A DNA stretch of 64,000 nucleotides from Tubiluchus corallicola (lineage: Eukaryota; Animalia; Priapulida), in contig JAQGDQ010000701.1 of NCBI GenBank assembly GCA_030141605.1, positions 46,100 through 110,099 of the forward strand, in the 5' to 3' direction. The translations under genes and the position numbers were made by a program. The notes under the pieces are model-generated. The model was not told where the DNA came from. It saw nothing but the letters and a program-made list of their open reading frames with translations, and did no database searches. Positions 50,401 to 63,881 of the stretch are shown here, one piece after another. How positions within the stretch are numbered: the stretch's first letter is position 1; each line of letters opens with the position of its first letter.

Positions 50401-53400
50401 GCAACGCCAACTTTAGCAATGCCCATTCGAGCAGTGTGATGTTAGAAGCTACAGCAGGACAGTGAACATAGCAGCTGCGTGTTACAAACACCATGACAAT
50501 TTATTGTTCTAGTTAAAATGTGGCTTGTTGCTGCATGAAATTTGACATAATTTTTTTACAAATATCATTAGTGCACAAAAAGTTTATGTCCTGCATTTGC
50601 ATAAATAACATAACTATTGGTTGGATATTTCATTAGTTATTTGAAGATGCTGGCTGTTTTTGTTTAAGCAGGCATATAATTTAACTACTTGGGAAAAAAA
50701 CCACCGGTACCCCATGAAAAACATTTCACTTACCGTACAAAACAGCATAAAACACTTAACAAATTTACAGCAAGCACAGAAAACCCAAAAATGATCTTGA
50801 CACAAAAATGTGATGATTACAAAACATGATGACTACAATAGATCCATTGGCTGTTTTTACTTGCAAATACTGATTCTAACAAAATTAACGAACATTGTGT
50901 AAAAAGTGAAATTTCTCAATGGCCAGCAAGTTAATCAGGCACAACAATGAAACAATTATCAGAGGGGAAAACAAGACGAAATTGAGATGTAAACTTAGAT
51001 GAAGCTAATTACTAAAACAATTCACAACAAGTAAATAACAATAGTAGTAGAAATCGTACATTTTGATCTGGGTCACATACTCCACGATAACTCTCAGTAA
51101 TTGTATAACAGCAATGATTAGAGAACCCAGTGCAGCTGATCCTAGATGATATCTGACAAGTCTCCACAAAGATTTCGTTATGGGCGTGCCCAGGTATCTC
51201 TTATCCCTAAAAATTTGAAACGGTTCCAGTTGTATTCATGTCGAGAATTGACAAATGAAAATAATTGCCCAACATCAGGGAAAAATTATGCACTTCTAAC
51301 TGGCTAACATAATGCAGGCATGCCATTGGTCAAAATGTTGCCTGCCGTCCTGGACCAGCATAGCAACTGTTATTGTGCAGGTCTAGTCATGCTACTAGGC
51401 ACACAGTTAAGGCACAAGTTGAAACATTTCTTAACATTTTGTGTATTTACAAAGCAATGTTGAATTGTTATAGTGTAAATCTATTACTGGACAAAACATG
51501 GTACTAATATTCGTAGTACCGCTCACAATTAACCTAGAAGTGATATTATTACGCAGATAGACATCTGGCTTTGCAAAATGTCGCTTGTCTGCATAGCAAA
51601 TGTTAACTGTTACTAAAAGTCATTGATTTTTCCTGCAATTCTAGCAAAAACGTTGGTTTTATTTTCATGTGTAGCGACCAAGAGTAACAACAGGTCGTAC
51701 TATGCAGTTTTTAAAACAAAGAATGTGTAAGAAATTTATCTCAAATCTGCATGTTCAATCGAGCAGGGAAGCCATTCTGTTGGATTTCAAAGCATCAAAA
51801 GTGAGATAATTCATTAAGTGAGATAGTTCATTAAGTTTCGCGAAAGTGAGATAATTCATTAAGGTTAAACTACAAGCAGGTCGTCAAATCATGACCTTCG
51901 CGACTTACGACAGCTCGACTTTTATGATCCGATCGCAATTTAATTAATACAAAACCAATTAAAACTCATATTTCCATCATTTTTTTAACAGATTAAGTTT
52001 AAATCTCTATATGTTTCGGTAAATTCATCATCGGTGCTGCCACACTTAGCGCACATACGCACACAACTTCCTGCATGTAGGCGCAAAATTAACGCTTCAA
52101 TATATGTGCCCGACTTGCGTCCGATTTGTCTTTCGAACAAATTGCAGAAACACGTTATAATCGCAAGTTGAAGACGACCTGTGCATACATGCAAAATAAT
52201 AATAAACCAGACATACCTTGAAAAGAACCAGATGGACACCGCACCGGCAATGACGATGTCTTGACAAGCTTGTATAAGTTGCAAACACCAAATGAAAGTG
52301 AAGGAGAAGAACCAGCGAAAGTGAATCATTACAACATCACTATCCCAAGTGACCATTCCTTTATCGCCGATGACGGGTTCATCTAAATGCAGAACAGATT
52401 TGATAGAACACAAAAATATATTATAATAATTAGATTCGGGGCAATTTGATCCTTGGTTCAATCAGTCAACCTTGACAAAAGAGTTGTGTAAATGCACGCT
52501 CATTTTAAAAGCATAGAAGGCAACCGGTTTGGTCAAATAAAATAATGACTACATTGTTGAAAAGATGCCAATTTTGAGAAATGTGTTCGGCGAGCGGTTT
52601 CCTCTATCAGTTATGCCGGTGAGACTATAATGTCATAAACTGCCAATGCATACATTAACATTTCAAATTTCATTACAGATTTGTAACACTCCATTAATTT
52701 TAAACATGCACATTAAATAGAAACACGAACAGTAATTTATTCAGTTTTTTTTCGGATACTGACTGCTCATTCACCCATTTTCTGCTTTTTGGTAAGTTTT
52801 CAAAAAAAAAACAGCAAAGAAATGTCAAGTAAATGTGATAATGCCAGCAGCAACAAAGTCTAGCTAATACAATATAAAAATGATATATAGTGTGTCTGCA
52901 ACAACTTGTCTAGTGCAGACTTTCGCTCGTGTGCAGTTCTACCAACTTTGTCATATACAGATTTTTTTATCATCCTACTCTCGTGTGCAGGCTTGGAATA
53001 AGGAATAAAAGCAATCATTTTATCATGCCACCTGTAATTGACTAATCAAACTGATGTTAGTAATTTACTCATCACCACGTTGTTTTATGCAAAAGTTGAC
53101 ATGTGCGGACAAATTTAGTTTGAGACAATTTGTTGCAGATGGGTCGTTTACCAAGAATATAAGGTGAGAATAGATAACACAAAGTACCTGCTGTCAGAAG
53201 AAATATCATAAGATATCCGAACAGCACACAGATTCCTAATGTGATGATGGTCGTAGTAAAAGGAAGTATCAGTAACAATGGTATTGTTGCCAGAGCTTTC
53301 CCACTTTCTTTGAATAGTGTTACAACCTGCGGACAATATAGTATGAGTTACCTACTTATTTGCCGGGAGTTAGTTACTTATTTGCCAGGAGTTAGCTACT

Positions 53401-56400
53401 TATTTGCCGGGAGTTAGTTACTTATTTGCCAGGAATTAGCTACTTATTTGCCGGGAGTTAGTCGCTCGTTTGCTGGGAGTTAGCTGTTTATTTGCCGGGA
53501 GTTAGCCGCTTATTTGCCGGGAGTTAGCCGTTTATTTGCCGGGAGTTAGCCGTTTATTTGCCGGGAGTTAGCCGTTTATTTGCCGGGAGTTAGCCGCTTA
53601 TTTGCCAGCAGTTAGCCGCTTGTTTGCTGGGAGTTAGCCGCTTGTTTGCCCGGAGTTAGCAGCTTGTTTGCCCGGAGTTAGCTGCTCGTTTGCCGGAAGT
53701 TAGCTGCTTATTCACCAGCCGCACCAGCCGTGCCTGACTTTATTACGATAGTGTTAAATTTGTAAAATTTCAGATTGAAGATCATTGTGTGCTCTCATGC
53801 TTGTATAAGTTAGGACGAACAGGGTGAATTGATAGGATTTAGCATACACTATTGTAAATCATCGTGTGTTCTCATGCTTGTATAAGTTAGGACTTTTCAA
53901 AACTGCATTGCAAAAACATGGTGAATTGATAGCATTTAGCGTACACTATTGTAAATATCATCATGTGTTCTCATGCTTGTATAGGTTACGACTTTTCAAA
54001 AGTGTGTTAAATGTGTTGTAATAGAATGTGAACTACATTAGCATTTAGCATTGAGTATTGCGACTGCACTTCGCTAAACTGACTCGCCAATAAAGAAACT
54101 AGCTCACCAAAAAAATGGCAGCACTAGCTCACCAAAAAATGAATTTTAAATCTTATCGACAATGTAGCAGACTGTCAGTAAATTTTGCGCCTTAAGATTG
54201 CGTATCGTTTGTCAACGATTTTCGAGCCTTCAGATTTCGCGCCATTTGTCTTCGTTCACTGGCTCAATGGGTTTTAAACAGTGGGTGTTATTGGCGGCTT
54301 GAGTATACGGGAACGTTTTGGTTGTCAGTACTGTGTAAGAATGTATTTACATTGTTTTTTTTGCTAGTTCTTTGATTTTCTACTGTTAGTGTACCTGAAC
54401 CTTAACTTGTTCGTCTCAAGATTGGGGCAATGATGTCAGTAATAATTATATTTAGTTAAGTAATTTGAACTTGATGTTTAGTAACTTGAAACACAATTAG
54501 ACTGTGTGGTAAAAATGTAATTAGTCTAGAAAAGCTTTCAGTTGATTTGTGCTACAGAATATTGGCAGTATATATTACTTTCTGTACTTTTTAATATTGT
54601 ATTTTCCATCACGACAGCTTCATTTTCATATTGTAAGTTTAAATATGTCAGACTTTAAATTTTTTGTGTAATTTGTTTCTTATTATTTCTTAATTTGTTT
54701 TTTTTTGATTAGAATAAACACCTATGCAACCTAAGATGTTTTCTTGTATCGGTTACAGACAAGATGTATAATTTGTTTTTGCTCTGGTAGTGAGATGTTC
54801 TTTATGAATACTCTGATTTTTCAAACTTTACGCAATGTTATCTGAACTTGTTTCAAACGACCGTCAAAAGGCTGTGCATAGCGGTCATTGCGGGAGTCTT
54901 TTTGAAAATTTTTAAGTTTTATACAGCATCACAGCTAATAGAAACTCCATACAAAATAAAGCAGTATGTAGCTGCTACAATATTTCAAGACAATTTTTTT
55001 TAGCTTTTTTTAGGAGGGGTTTCTTGTGCCTCAACCATTTCCTACCATTTTGATTTTACTCCTCATAACAATGAATATGAGCAGTACGACAACGGTGATG
55101 ATCGTAGCGATGCTTGCATTTATTTTCCACTGTTTTACATCATCTTCTGCCGGTTCTGATGGAGAATCAGCGAGTTCGTGTCTCGCTTGGTCAAAGCGAT
55201 ACCTGGAAATAAAATTGAATCGACTGTAACCAGTGATGGCTCATAGCTATGATTAGAGTGGTGCTGCCATTGTTTTCAGCCATTGTTTTAATTCTGTGGT
55301 AAAATGAAACAAACATATAAAAAGAAAATTTATACATACATTCGATAAAAATCCTAAACAAAAAAATATATTTTACATACTAATAGCCTAAAGTGTTACA
55401 ATTGAAGTTAAATTAGTCAAATTAATTAATTTATTAAATTAATTTAAGTTTAAATTGGTCCATTCATTTTAAATCGTTTGTTTTACTTTGCGCAAAAAGA
55501 TTAATAATTTTCTCTTTGATCCAGACTGCGTGAGCTTCAGTATTCTCACTGCTTATCTCAGACATATGCGCATTGGCTACATGATATAACTTTATACTAT
55601 GACATTACAAGTATAAAGAAAGAATTAAAGAAAAAAATTGTTACATTGAATATGATGGATAATATTGAAAATAGGGGGTGGTGCAGTACCACAGTACTTA
55701 TACACGAGCCGCGATTGATCGTAACGTACAGGGGGTGGTGCAGTACCACAGTACTTATACACGAGCCGCGATTGATCGTAACGTACAGGGGGTGGTGCAG
55801 TACCACAGTACATATACACGAGCCGCGATTGATCGTAACGTATAGGGGGTGGTGCAGTACCACAGTACCTATACACGAGCCGCTACTGATCGTAACGTAC
55901 TGGGGGTGGTGCAGTACCACAGTACTTATACACGAGCCGCGATTGATCGTAACGTACAGGGGGTGGTGCAGTACCACAGTACATATACACGAGCCGCGAT
56001 TGATCGTAACGTATAGGGGGTGGTGCAGTACCACAGTACCTATACACGAGCCGCTACTGATCGTAACGTACTGGGGGTGGTGCAGTACCACAGTACCTAT
56101 ACACGAGCCGCTACTGATTGTAACATACAGTGGAACCGCGACACATGAAAAACCTATTATACGAAAAAAATCAGAATACGAATCGGGCTTCGAAGAAATA
56201 TCCGTCTCATTTAATGAAAAAATATTCAAGATACGAAAACGAAAACGCCGCCCGACAGCAGTCTCCCTGAATGCATTTGTAGCATCACGTGAACGCTTTG
56301 TTGTCAATCTGTCTCACTTCCTCCTCCGCCATCAAGCTCACCTCACACCACCCTTGCGCACATTCACCCGATTCGAAAGGTAAAGTGTCATTATTCGTAA

Positions 56401-59400
56401 CAACATTTATTATTATTTTTCATTGATTTTTTTATTTTCTCATTGTTTTTTAACATTCATGTAAATGATTATGTTGTCATCAACGAACATATTTCTTTCG
56501 GGTGGGTACAATATTTACACTTTATACGACTTTTTTTGGAGGGCTGGAATGAATTACGCCATTTATAGGGTACAACTTGTCTCAAAATACGATAATTCTA
56601 AGATACGAAAGCCCATCAGGAACGAATTAATTTCGCATCTCGTGGTATCATTGTATTTGGCTTACAGAATATACAATGTCCCGATCTTGTAGCATTTTAC
56701 TTGGACAAGGTAACTTTAAAGATTTTCTTTTTAAAATTGAATACGTACATGAAAATGCCTGTATATGTTCAGAGGAAGCACAAACAGTTGAACATTTGCT
56801 TTTTAATTCTACTCTGGTCGATGAAAATAAAAGATTAGCGCTCGCAAATATCCTACAATCTCAGAACAATAGTAAAATTTATACCTCTCGTGACAAAAAC
56901 CTGCTAGATGCTTTCACCGAGTTAGTTTGTGATTCGTTTTTACAAACTTTAGTATAAAATATTGAACTTTGAGTAACAGAACAAATCTGTAGATATCTAA
57001 TTTTTCTGTTTCTAGTCACTTTTATATTAGACAGGTCGTTTTGTGTAAACTGATGCTATTTGATTTTAGTTGTTCTTTTATATTATTTTGAGGTACGAAA
57101 TCCATGATTTATTGGTATATAAATATCTTACGAATGTAACAGCTATTTTATTTACAAAGGTTTTTTAACCATACCCTGCAAATAGAGGGTCACTGTATAT
57201 ATTTTATGTAAATATTTGTATATGTGTATAATTTAAATTTTAAATAAAGAATTATAATAATAATAATAATAATAATAATGTCTTGAAAAAAAGTAGATTT
57301 TTAAAAATAAAAAACTGGAAAATGAATCTCACGACCAGAATCACATTTTCCATTTCACTAATTTATTCAAACTAGTTCTGTCATACTAGGTAGTTCATGA
57401 GTAAATACACAATTCTTACAGTTTTTTCAAAGTGAAGAAACTTTTAGCAAAAAATGGTATAGGTAAAACACGTACAGCTTCACATCGACACAATGCTGAT
57501 TTAAGCCATTGATATGAGTTGCAAAGCAACGAGAAAATGTGAATTTAAGAACTATAGTTAAAAAAATTCACTAATTAATTCTAGTCATTAAACGAAACTA
57601 TTACAATTTAAAGCAAAGCCAAAAACAATCTTAAACTGTAGGTCAGAATAATCTACTCTTGAAGATATTGAAAGGAAACATGCCATTTTTTTCAAAAATG
57701 ACTCACGTGAAGGAATTATTAACACACAAACACAATTTCACGTTCGCGTCAATAGTTCTTCGCTGTTACGTGCAATTCGCCATTCTCTAGTTAGATGGGC
57801 ACTAGTGCCTGCATTTCAGAAACGCATTGCCCAAAAACAGGTGCTGTACTTCTCAGTTCAGACGTGTTAGTTTGTGACGAACTACACACGTTCGGCAGCT
57901 CATGCATGAGCACAGCGGTAAATTTGAAATGTGAATTTTTATCTTCAAACTTGCCTAGTTTTAGTACAACACATGCACTGTACTTCAATTTTCGCTTTCG
58001 TAAACACATGCAACACGCTAGTGGAATATTTTTGCTGTTGAAAATTATGTTAATTTGTAACGTCATCAATAGTTGGGCTCACCCGTCGTTAATTAAGTTT
58101 TTAATCTACAATTAAATTATCAGAAACGCTTTCGCTGTATTAAAATGCATACTTTTTATCGGACTTGAAAATGGGGTAGTATATGAAAAATCATCCTGTC
58201 TCCTTTAACCAAATAAATTTTCAAAAACCTGTGAGAAAAATAACATTGTTTACAGGAAGAGAAAAACGGTTTATAATGAAGGATTTACGAAAGTTACCAA
58301 AAGTAAGAAGTTACTCCAAAACAAAGTCCAAGAAATCCACACACAATGACCCATATCATGACTCCGGCAAAGTATCGTAGAAGAAAAACCAACGCAATTG
58401 CCATAGCTGGGAAATACAAAAGAACAAAATTAGAAAAAAATGTGCGGTGTGGTTCACCTTCTTAAAAATGCCTAGACACCACCCAAGTGACTAGCCTATC
58501 ATTTAAACCAAATATTACATACAGTCAACCTCGGGTATAAGATACTCACTTACAAGGGAACTTGCTTATAAGGGACCACCAACACCAGTACAGATTTTGC
58601 GTAACGTTTTTGCTATGTAAAAATCTTCGTATATAAGGTACTCGGATATAAGGGACGATATCTTCAGGTCCGGCGTAATAGAAACCCAGGTACTCTACCT
58701 CGCATATAAGGGACCCTACGATCAAAGCGAAATTGATCGATTTTTAACCTCAATTTTCGCAAACTCGGCCTTCCTTCAACTCGGTTTCCGTGGTCACATA
58801 TATCTCGCATCCTATGGAGCTTCCTACATACCATTTGCACTGAATGTGCAGCAATAATCCATAAAAATATGGGTAAAAGTACAGAAAATAGATATACCCT
58901 CGGTCTGACTCAAGTTCGGCTATAAGGGACATCGGATATAAGGGAAGATTTTTTCCGGTCCGGAGGTGTCCCTTATATCCGACGTTGACTGTATATCAAC
59001 AGCTCAGTTTTGCAACAAGTTTAGCTCATAAATTGTAATTCAACACCAGAAGGACCGGAAGTAACAACGGATGCACATTTTTGATTTTGTATACATCTCT
59101 GGAATCTCTGGAGGATACGTTTTTAACTTTCATTACTTTTCCTAGTTTACTTAATTGCCAACTACTACTGCACAGAATTTCAGGTTGAAATGTTTGATAA
59201 AACTTGCTAAAAATAGGCTACTACCTAGAAGGACCAGATTTGTCAATTGATGCCAGTAGATGTTGTACATTGTAACTCGTCACAATGTACTTGCATTACA
59301 ATAGCATAACATCAACGAACTCTTTAGATGTCTTTCTATGGGCTGTAAACAAGTGGACTTAACTTTCTTTTATAAAAGATTAGCGCTCGCAAATATCCTG

Positions 59401-61634
59401 CAATCTCAGAACATTAGTAAAATTTATACCTCTCGTGACAAAAACCTGCTAGATGCTTTCACTGAGTTAGTTTGTGATTCATTTTCTACAGGTCATTTTG
59501 TGTAAACAATTTCGCTATTTGATTTTAGTTGTTTTTTTATATTATTTTGAGGTACGAAATTCGTGATTAACTGGTATACAAAAGTCTTACGAATATAACA
59601 TCTATTTTATTTACAAAGTTCTTTTAACCGTACCCTGCAAATATGGGATCACTGTATGTATTTTATGTAAATATTTGTATATGTGTATAATTTTAAATTT
59701 TAAATAAAGAATTATAATAATAATAATAATATAATTAACTTTCTTGACTGTCATCTCTCAGCCACCAAATGGCTTCAATCAATGCATGTTCTCAAATCAC
59801 AGGCACCGAGAAATCTTTTTATTAAATACCACTTTATACTTTAGATAATTATCAAGTAAATCATTGTACTTGTAATGTAGAAAGTGCATCAATTCTATAT
59901 AGATTTAATAAACTGATGTATCATTGAATTTCAGTAAAATGTAACTGATATTTATAAGTTTGTTTTTCTATGATTGCCTCAATAAGTCTTTTCACAGTTT
60001 CAGCGATTGATGATGATCGTGAAAAGGTCAAAGGTTAAGTGTACCAGACAACTCGTTTGTGTCCACTTGACAACGCCTCGCAGCCCATTCTATTATAACA
60101 GTAAGAATTTTAGCAGCTAGCTAGAACGTTACCTAATTCATTTTTTCTTGTTCCCAAGCAAGATCCTGCAAGTAAATCACTTTGCGTACAGACTGATGCA
60201 TAATTAAGTAAAGTCCACATAAAACAACTGAACGTACTGCAATAATGCTTTGCGTTACCCACATGTTACGTGGCGATTGTAGATAAGACGCATTGCTGTG
60301 GTACACTTAACCTTTGACCTACAGCAACGAAACTACGAAGCGGCTTATCGATGCACGCCGATCCTTTTAGCGTTGAACGAGTAAATTTACCTGAATAACG
60401 AAGCTCTTGAATTTCTTCAATCACTTGCAGAAAGCAGAGCTTTCACAAAGAAAGATTTATAGGAAAAGAATAATCGCGGGAGTCAAAATTAATAAGGCCT
60501 GTATATAAGGTTAAACATGGTACAGCTAAAATAAATTTGGCTTAGAAAAAAGTGGAAGAAGGAAGTGGTTTAGGTTGATGCAAAGTCTGGTATAATACCA
60601 AATTAGATCTCAGAACTGCAAATAAAACAACAGCAATTTTACAACCATTATATAATTACAAGCATAATTACCAGTAGCGCTACAGTTGCAATGATGGGTA
60701 TTGCATTTTCGACTAACAGAGGGTAATGTGTTAAAGCCAGTTAAATTTTAAAAATCAGAGTATATCATATTTAACTTTAAAGCAGGATACCATGTTCTGA
60801 TAATTAACTTCCTATAAATGCACTGTCTGCACGACTGCATTTAACCCTTTCGCTACGGAAGCCATATACATCTTTCGTGTAAAGGACGGAAAGCTGTAGA
60901 CTGTCGCCCGAGCTCAGCACTAAATGCAGTCACCCGGATGTGTTTGTTTCGCTGCTACGGTTATGCAAGAACGTAGAAAAGTTTAACAGCCGTCAGGCTG
61001 GGGTTCTTTGTCAACAAGTAACGTTAATCAGCGTCTGAAGCCAAGTGCATTCTACAACACTGTACTGTATGGTATGTTATCATCCAAAATCATTGGCTGA
61101 TGATTGGTGAAACGTATGTTTAGCAGTTTGTTCTTATACAACGATCGAATATTATGGATTAGTATTGCGACTTTTGTAAATATCTAAATGGAAATATGTA
61201 CTTATTTGTGTGGGTGTGCAAGTGTGTGCATGAGTGCATGCATGTGCGCGCAACTGTACAAATAAGCCGTATATTAAATGTTAACGTTTAACAACAGATG
61301 CCTGTTCGTTTATATACAAGATCCCGTTTTAGTAGCACACCACAAAAACTTATTGCCAAATGTGTAAAAGTCAACGCGGCCCAGTTAACACACAACTACG
61401 TAGTGCAAGGGTCAATGAAACAGCAGATAAAGTTCCATAGTTCCTAAACGTTCTGATATCAGCCATACGTGACTACACAATTATGTCAGGCCTGTTTATG
61501 CGTATGTACATGCAAAAGCAATTCAATAATTCAGGACACAACATTAGCAAAGACAATAACATCTGCAATGACAATAACGTTTTAAGAAATTTTATGCAGA
61601 ATCACTCTTTCTTCTTTCTCTCTCTTCCTGTCAT

Positions 61635-61696
<62 letters not shown>

Positions 61697-62935
61697 TCCT
61701 TCTATTAGATTTGTAACATCAAAGGTCTAGGTAACAGAAATAGAAACGCAACCAATCTTACCTATTGATATCACACAAAGTACTTTCAGTAGATCCAAAC
61801 AGCTTATGATATCCATCACAAATTCCTGGAAAATATACTACACAGCCAATAAAATGAATGTCCTTTAAAATGATCAGCTAAAACAACTGACCACTTTTTT
61901 TGTTATATTTTACATACAATTATATAGTACAAGTACAACCAACAGAAACATTGGTATTCAAAAATATAAATGACACTACTTACAATGTCCAAACAGATAA
62001 TATGTTTTTAAACAAATTTTAAACTAGAAAAGAAAATTGTTGTCTTTAACAGGACGGAGCTAGCAAAATGTTGCTAATAAAATAATGTAAACTATTACTT
62101 TATTTCTGACAGGTGCCATTATTTTATGAAACTGAATATTGGAATTTGGTATGAACACGAACGTGATGTTCAATTTATCAAGTATATTGCATTATAACTC
62201 TATAAACTCGTGCAAAAACAAGTAACAACTTTCATGACAACTTTAAAGGAAAACCGGATGGTTGTTCAGACTCAATTTCATTTTAGTTTACTGTCCAAAA
62301 TATAAATTTTCTTGCCTACAATTGTTTCTGATATTTGAATAATTAGTCTAGAAAGTTAACAATCGAACACAGCTATTGCTTACGTCAGAAACTAACCACA
62401 GTTTGTGCAATAACAGGCATCTTCCCTTGCGCGTCAAGCATGTTTGCATAAGTGTTACAGTACTGCCTAAATGCATGATGTCACGAAAATGGGCTTCACA
62501 TCATATGACGTCAGACACCAACATGGCAGTTTATGATCATGGTTATCATGGCATCGCCTTCTATTTGTCGGCCACGCATATGTGACAAAAAGGCGCCACT
62601 GCCAATTTCAGTAGATTCACTGAGCTGCGCGTAGCTTTGAAAATTTAACAAAATTTGAGTATTCGAGGTAATTATTATTTAATCTAAGATTTGATTTAAA
62701 AAAGCTATTGTAGGTTTCAATAATTTAGAGCATTGTTTATTCTGATCTAATGTTTACACAATCGTCTGGTTTTCCTTTAATCTTGCAATAGAATAATCAA
62801 CCGGTCCATAACATCTAGCCACAAAGGTGGTAATGCTGTCTTACTTGAAATAGATCAGGGTTGATGAAAAAGTCTGTGAAATTGTGGCGTAGTTCAACTA
62901 AAGTTTGTTGGATGCAGCGCTTTGCTATTGCAGTA
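41410..62935 (-). CDS. SLC44A1: SLC44/CTL choline transporter-like protein, 5'-partial; exons 62935-62845, 61825-61762, 58406-58298, 55202-55046, 53326-53188, 52382-52217, 51206-51060, 49108-48993, 45810-45644, 43434-43246, 41496-41410
   Basis: Family motifs [85 protein letters not shown] and VYEMVIDTLFICFCEDMAHNDG..KPYYMS. Intron phases are consistent; ends KKLTEL*. CTL1/3-type, exact paralog uncertain. Confidence 0.9.
43761..44440. mobile_element. Kolobok-like non-autonomous element, family C
   Basis: TTAA|AGGGCAAGAAGA...TTTTCTTGTGCT|TTAA, largely the reverse complement of 15058-15656. Confidence 0.75.
46315..47483. mobile_element. Composite: truncated family-B MITE (46315-46573), a copy of 41947-42404 (46600-47030), then a full family-B MITE (47031-47483)
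   Basis: Two CAGTCAACCTCGGATATAAG left ends in direct orientation and a single right end. The intervening block aligns with 41947-42404. Confidence 0.8.
48364..48834. mobile_element. pogo/Tigger-like MITE, family G
   Basis: TA|CAGTGTTCCCTCACTTATC...CGCGAAGTAGCGAGGGAACACTG|TA. Confidence 0.85.
49878..49949 (+). pseudogene. tRNA-like sequence (Thr-AGT-like pseudogene or SINE head)
   Basis: GATTGG-TAGCTCAGCTGGCAGTGCA-TGGAA-ATAGTAA-TCCCA-GGTC-TCGGG-TTGAAAT-CCCGA-CTAGTC. A-box present, B-box degenerate (TTGAAAT), stems partly mismatched, followed by a T6 run. Confidence 0.6.
53345..53715. repeat. 22-bp minisatellite, about 16 copies
   Basis: GCCGGGAGTTAGCCGCTTATTT and variants. Confidence 0.92.
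53780..54000. repeat. Degenerate tandem repeat of about 80-100 bp, 3 copies
   Basis: ATCATTGTGTGCTCTCATGCTTGTATAAGTTAGGAC recurs three times. Confidence 0.75.
55231..56116. mobile_element. hAT-type element, family A, whose right end is tandemly amplified
   Basis: Left end CAGTGATGGCTCAT and final right end ACGAGCCGCTACTG, with TSD ACTGTAAC / ATTGTAAC. Confidence 0.8.
55674..56127. repeat. 57-bp minisatellite, 8 copies
   Basis: GGGGGTGGTGCAGTACCACAGTACYTATACACGAGCCGCKAYTGATCGTAACGTACA at 55674 + 57n. Confidence 0.95.
56128..56653. mobile_element. Tc1/pogo-like MITE
   Basis: TA|CAGTGGAACCGCGACA...TCTCGTGGTATCATTG|TA, imperfect TIRs with repeated ATACGAA motifs. Confidence 0.55.
56690..57279 (+). 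mobile_element. 5'-truncated non-LTR retrotransposon (LINE) 3' end
   Basis: ILLGQGNFKDFLFKI...CICSEEAQTVEHLLFN resembles the C-terminal zinc-knuckle region of LINE ORF2. The 3' UTR ends AATAAAGAATTA(TAA)n. Second copy at 59372. Confidence 0.75.
57612..58204. mobile_element. Kolobok-like element, family F
   Basis: TTAA|AG...CCT|TTAA ends and homology to 23590-23915. Confidence 0.5.
58522..58991. mobile_element. pogo/Tigger-like MITE, family B (opposite orientation)
   Basis: TA|CAGTCAACCTCGGGTATAAG...CTTATATCCGACGTTGACTG|TA. Confidence 0.87.
59372..59734 (+). mobile_element. Short LINE 3'-end copy with TSD
   Basis: Matches 56830-57279 apart from a deletion of about 90 bp. (TAA)n tail, flanked by TTAACTTTCTT at 59359-59369 and 59735-59745. 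Confidence 0.8.
59980..60350. mobile_element. Unclassified MITE (same family as 9360-9747)
   Basis: CAATAAGTCTTTTCACAGTTTC...GAAACTACGAAGCGGCTTATCG, with inner inverted repeat AGGTCAAAGGTTAAGTGTACCA / TGGTACACTTAACCTTTGACCT. Confidence 0.8.
60845..61411. mobile_element. piggyBac-like non-autonomous element
   Basis: TTAA|CCCTTTCGCTACG...CGTAGTGCAAGGG|TCAA: CCC/GGG termini and a TTAA-type target. Confidence 0.7.
61616..61700. repeat. (CT)n microsatellite
   Basis: Directly visible dinucleotide run. Confidence 0.95.
62247..62776. mobile_element. Kolobok-like non-autonomous element, family E
   Basis: TTAA|AGGAAAACCGGATGGTTGT...ACAATCGTCTGGTTTTCCT|TTAA. Confidence 0.78.
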
Positions 62936-63785
62936 CTGAAAAACAAACGAACAGCATTATTTACAAACAGAAAATAATTATATAAAAAAAACCAAACTTC
63001 ATATTTATTACAAATATAATGTGTATATTGTCAGTTTGCACAGCACAGGCAGCTTTCAATGCCTATATCCAGGGCACTTTATTTATGACTTTAGTCATAA
63101 ATTGCATAAATAGCTTATTTAATACTAATTTCAGATTTTATTTATGACTATTTATGACGTGTCAAATTTTGACCAAAAATGCCATCCTGAGCTAAAAGAA
63201 ATACATATTTTTAATCAGAATCTTGTATTTTGCCTTTCTTCGTTCTTCATTACATTAAAATGTAATAAAAATGTCTACTTTCATCATTCCAAGGCCTGAA
63301 GTTTCTCGTATTGTTTTGCATGCAGGCATCCCTCCAGACTGAAATCCGTGATCGTGTTTATAATAATTATAGTATCGGTTTTAATTTGTTTAGGATGACC
63401 TATAAAATTACTGCTCATAAAAATCAATCTATTAATTAATTCGTACAGTCACAATTCGTAGCCACAATTAGTACAAGTAAATAATGTATTTTTTTAAATA
63501 TCGATTTTAAATTTAATGTTGGAAAATACTATTGGCTATTACATCTTTCTAGGGAACCGTCACGTATGTTTTCTAATTAAAATTACATTAAGCAAAATAA
63601 CTAAACAAGAAAAACAGTTAAATTTTAATGACAATGAAGCAACAAATTCTCCCAAAGATAAAATATGCTCAAATTCTAGTAGACGGCATTATTCTTATTT
63701 CTTGAGGATGAGGCAGTAAGGCACGGGAAACGCTTGCGGCAAACTCGAGCTAAAACCTACACCCAAGCCATTGACTTACGCCGCT

Positions 63786-63881
63786 TAGGGGTAAGCATCG
63801 AAGTTCGGTTCGATTCGAATTCGAAAGTCACAAAGTCGGTTCGATTCGAATTCGCTTTCTGGTAGAGAATGCTCACCCCTA
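63786..63881. mobile_element. 96-bp hAT-type micro-MITE
   Basis: TIRs TAGGGGTAAGCAT / ATGCTCACCCCTA, perfect TSD ACGCCGCT (63778-63785 and 63882-63889) and internal TTCGATTCGAATTCG repeats. Confidence 0.85.

Noticed and set aside
55597-56383. 236-aa and 245-aa repetitive ORFs on opposite strands
   Set aside because: By-products of the stop-free 57-bp repeat derived from a transposon end; no evidence of coding function.
60671-60711. Possible extra SLC44 exon (VENAIPIIATVALL)
   Set aside because: 41 nt long and phase-incompatible; the flanking exons already join in frame without it.
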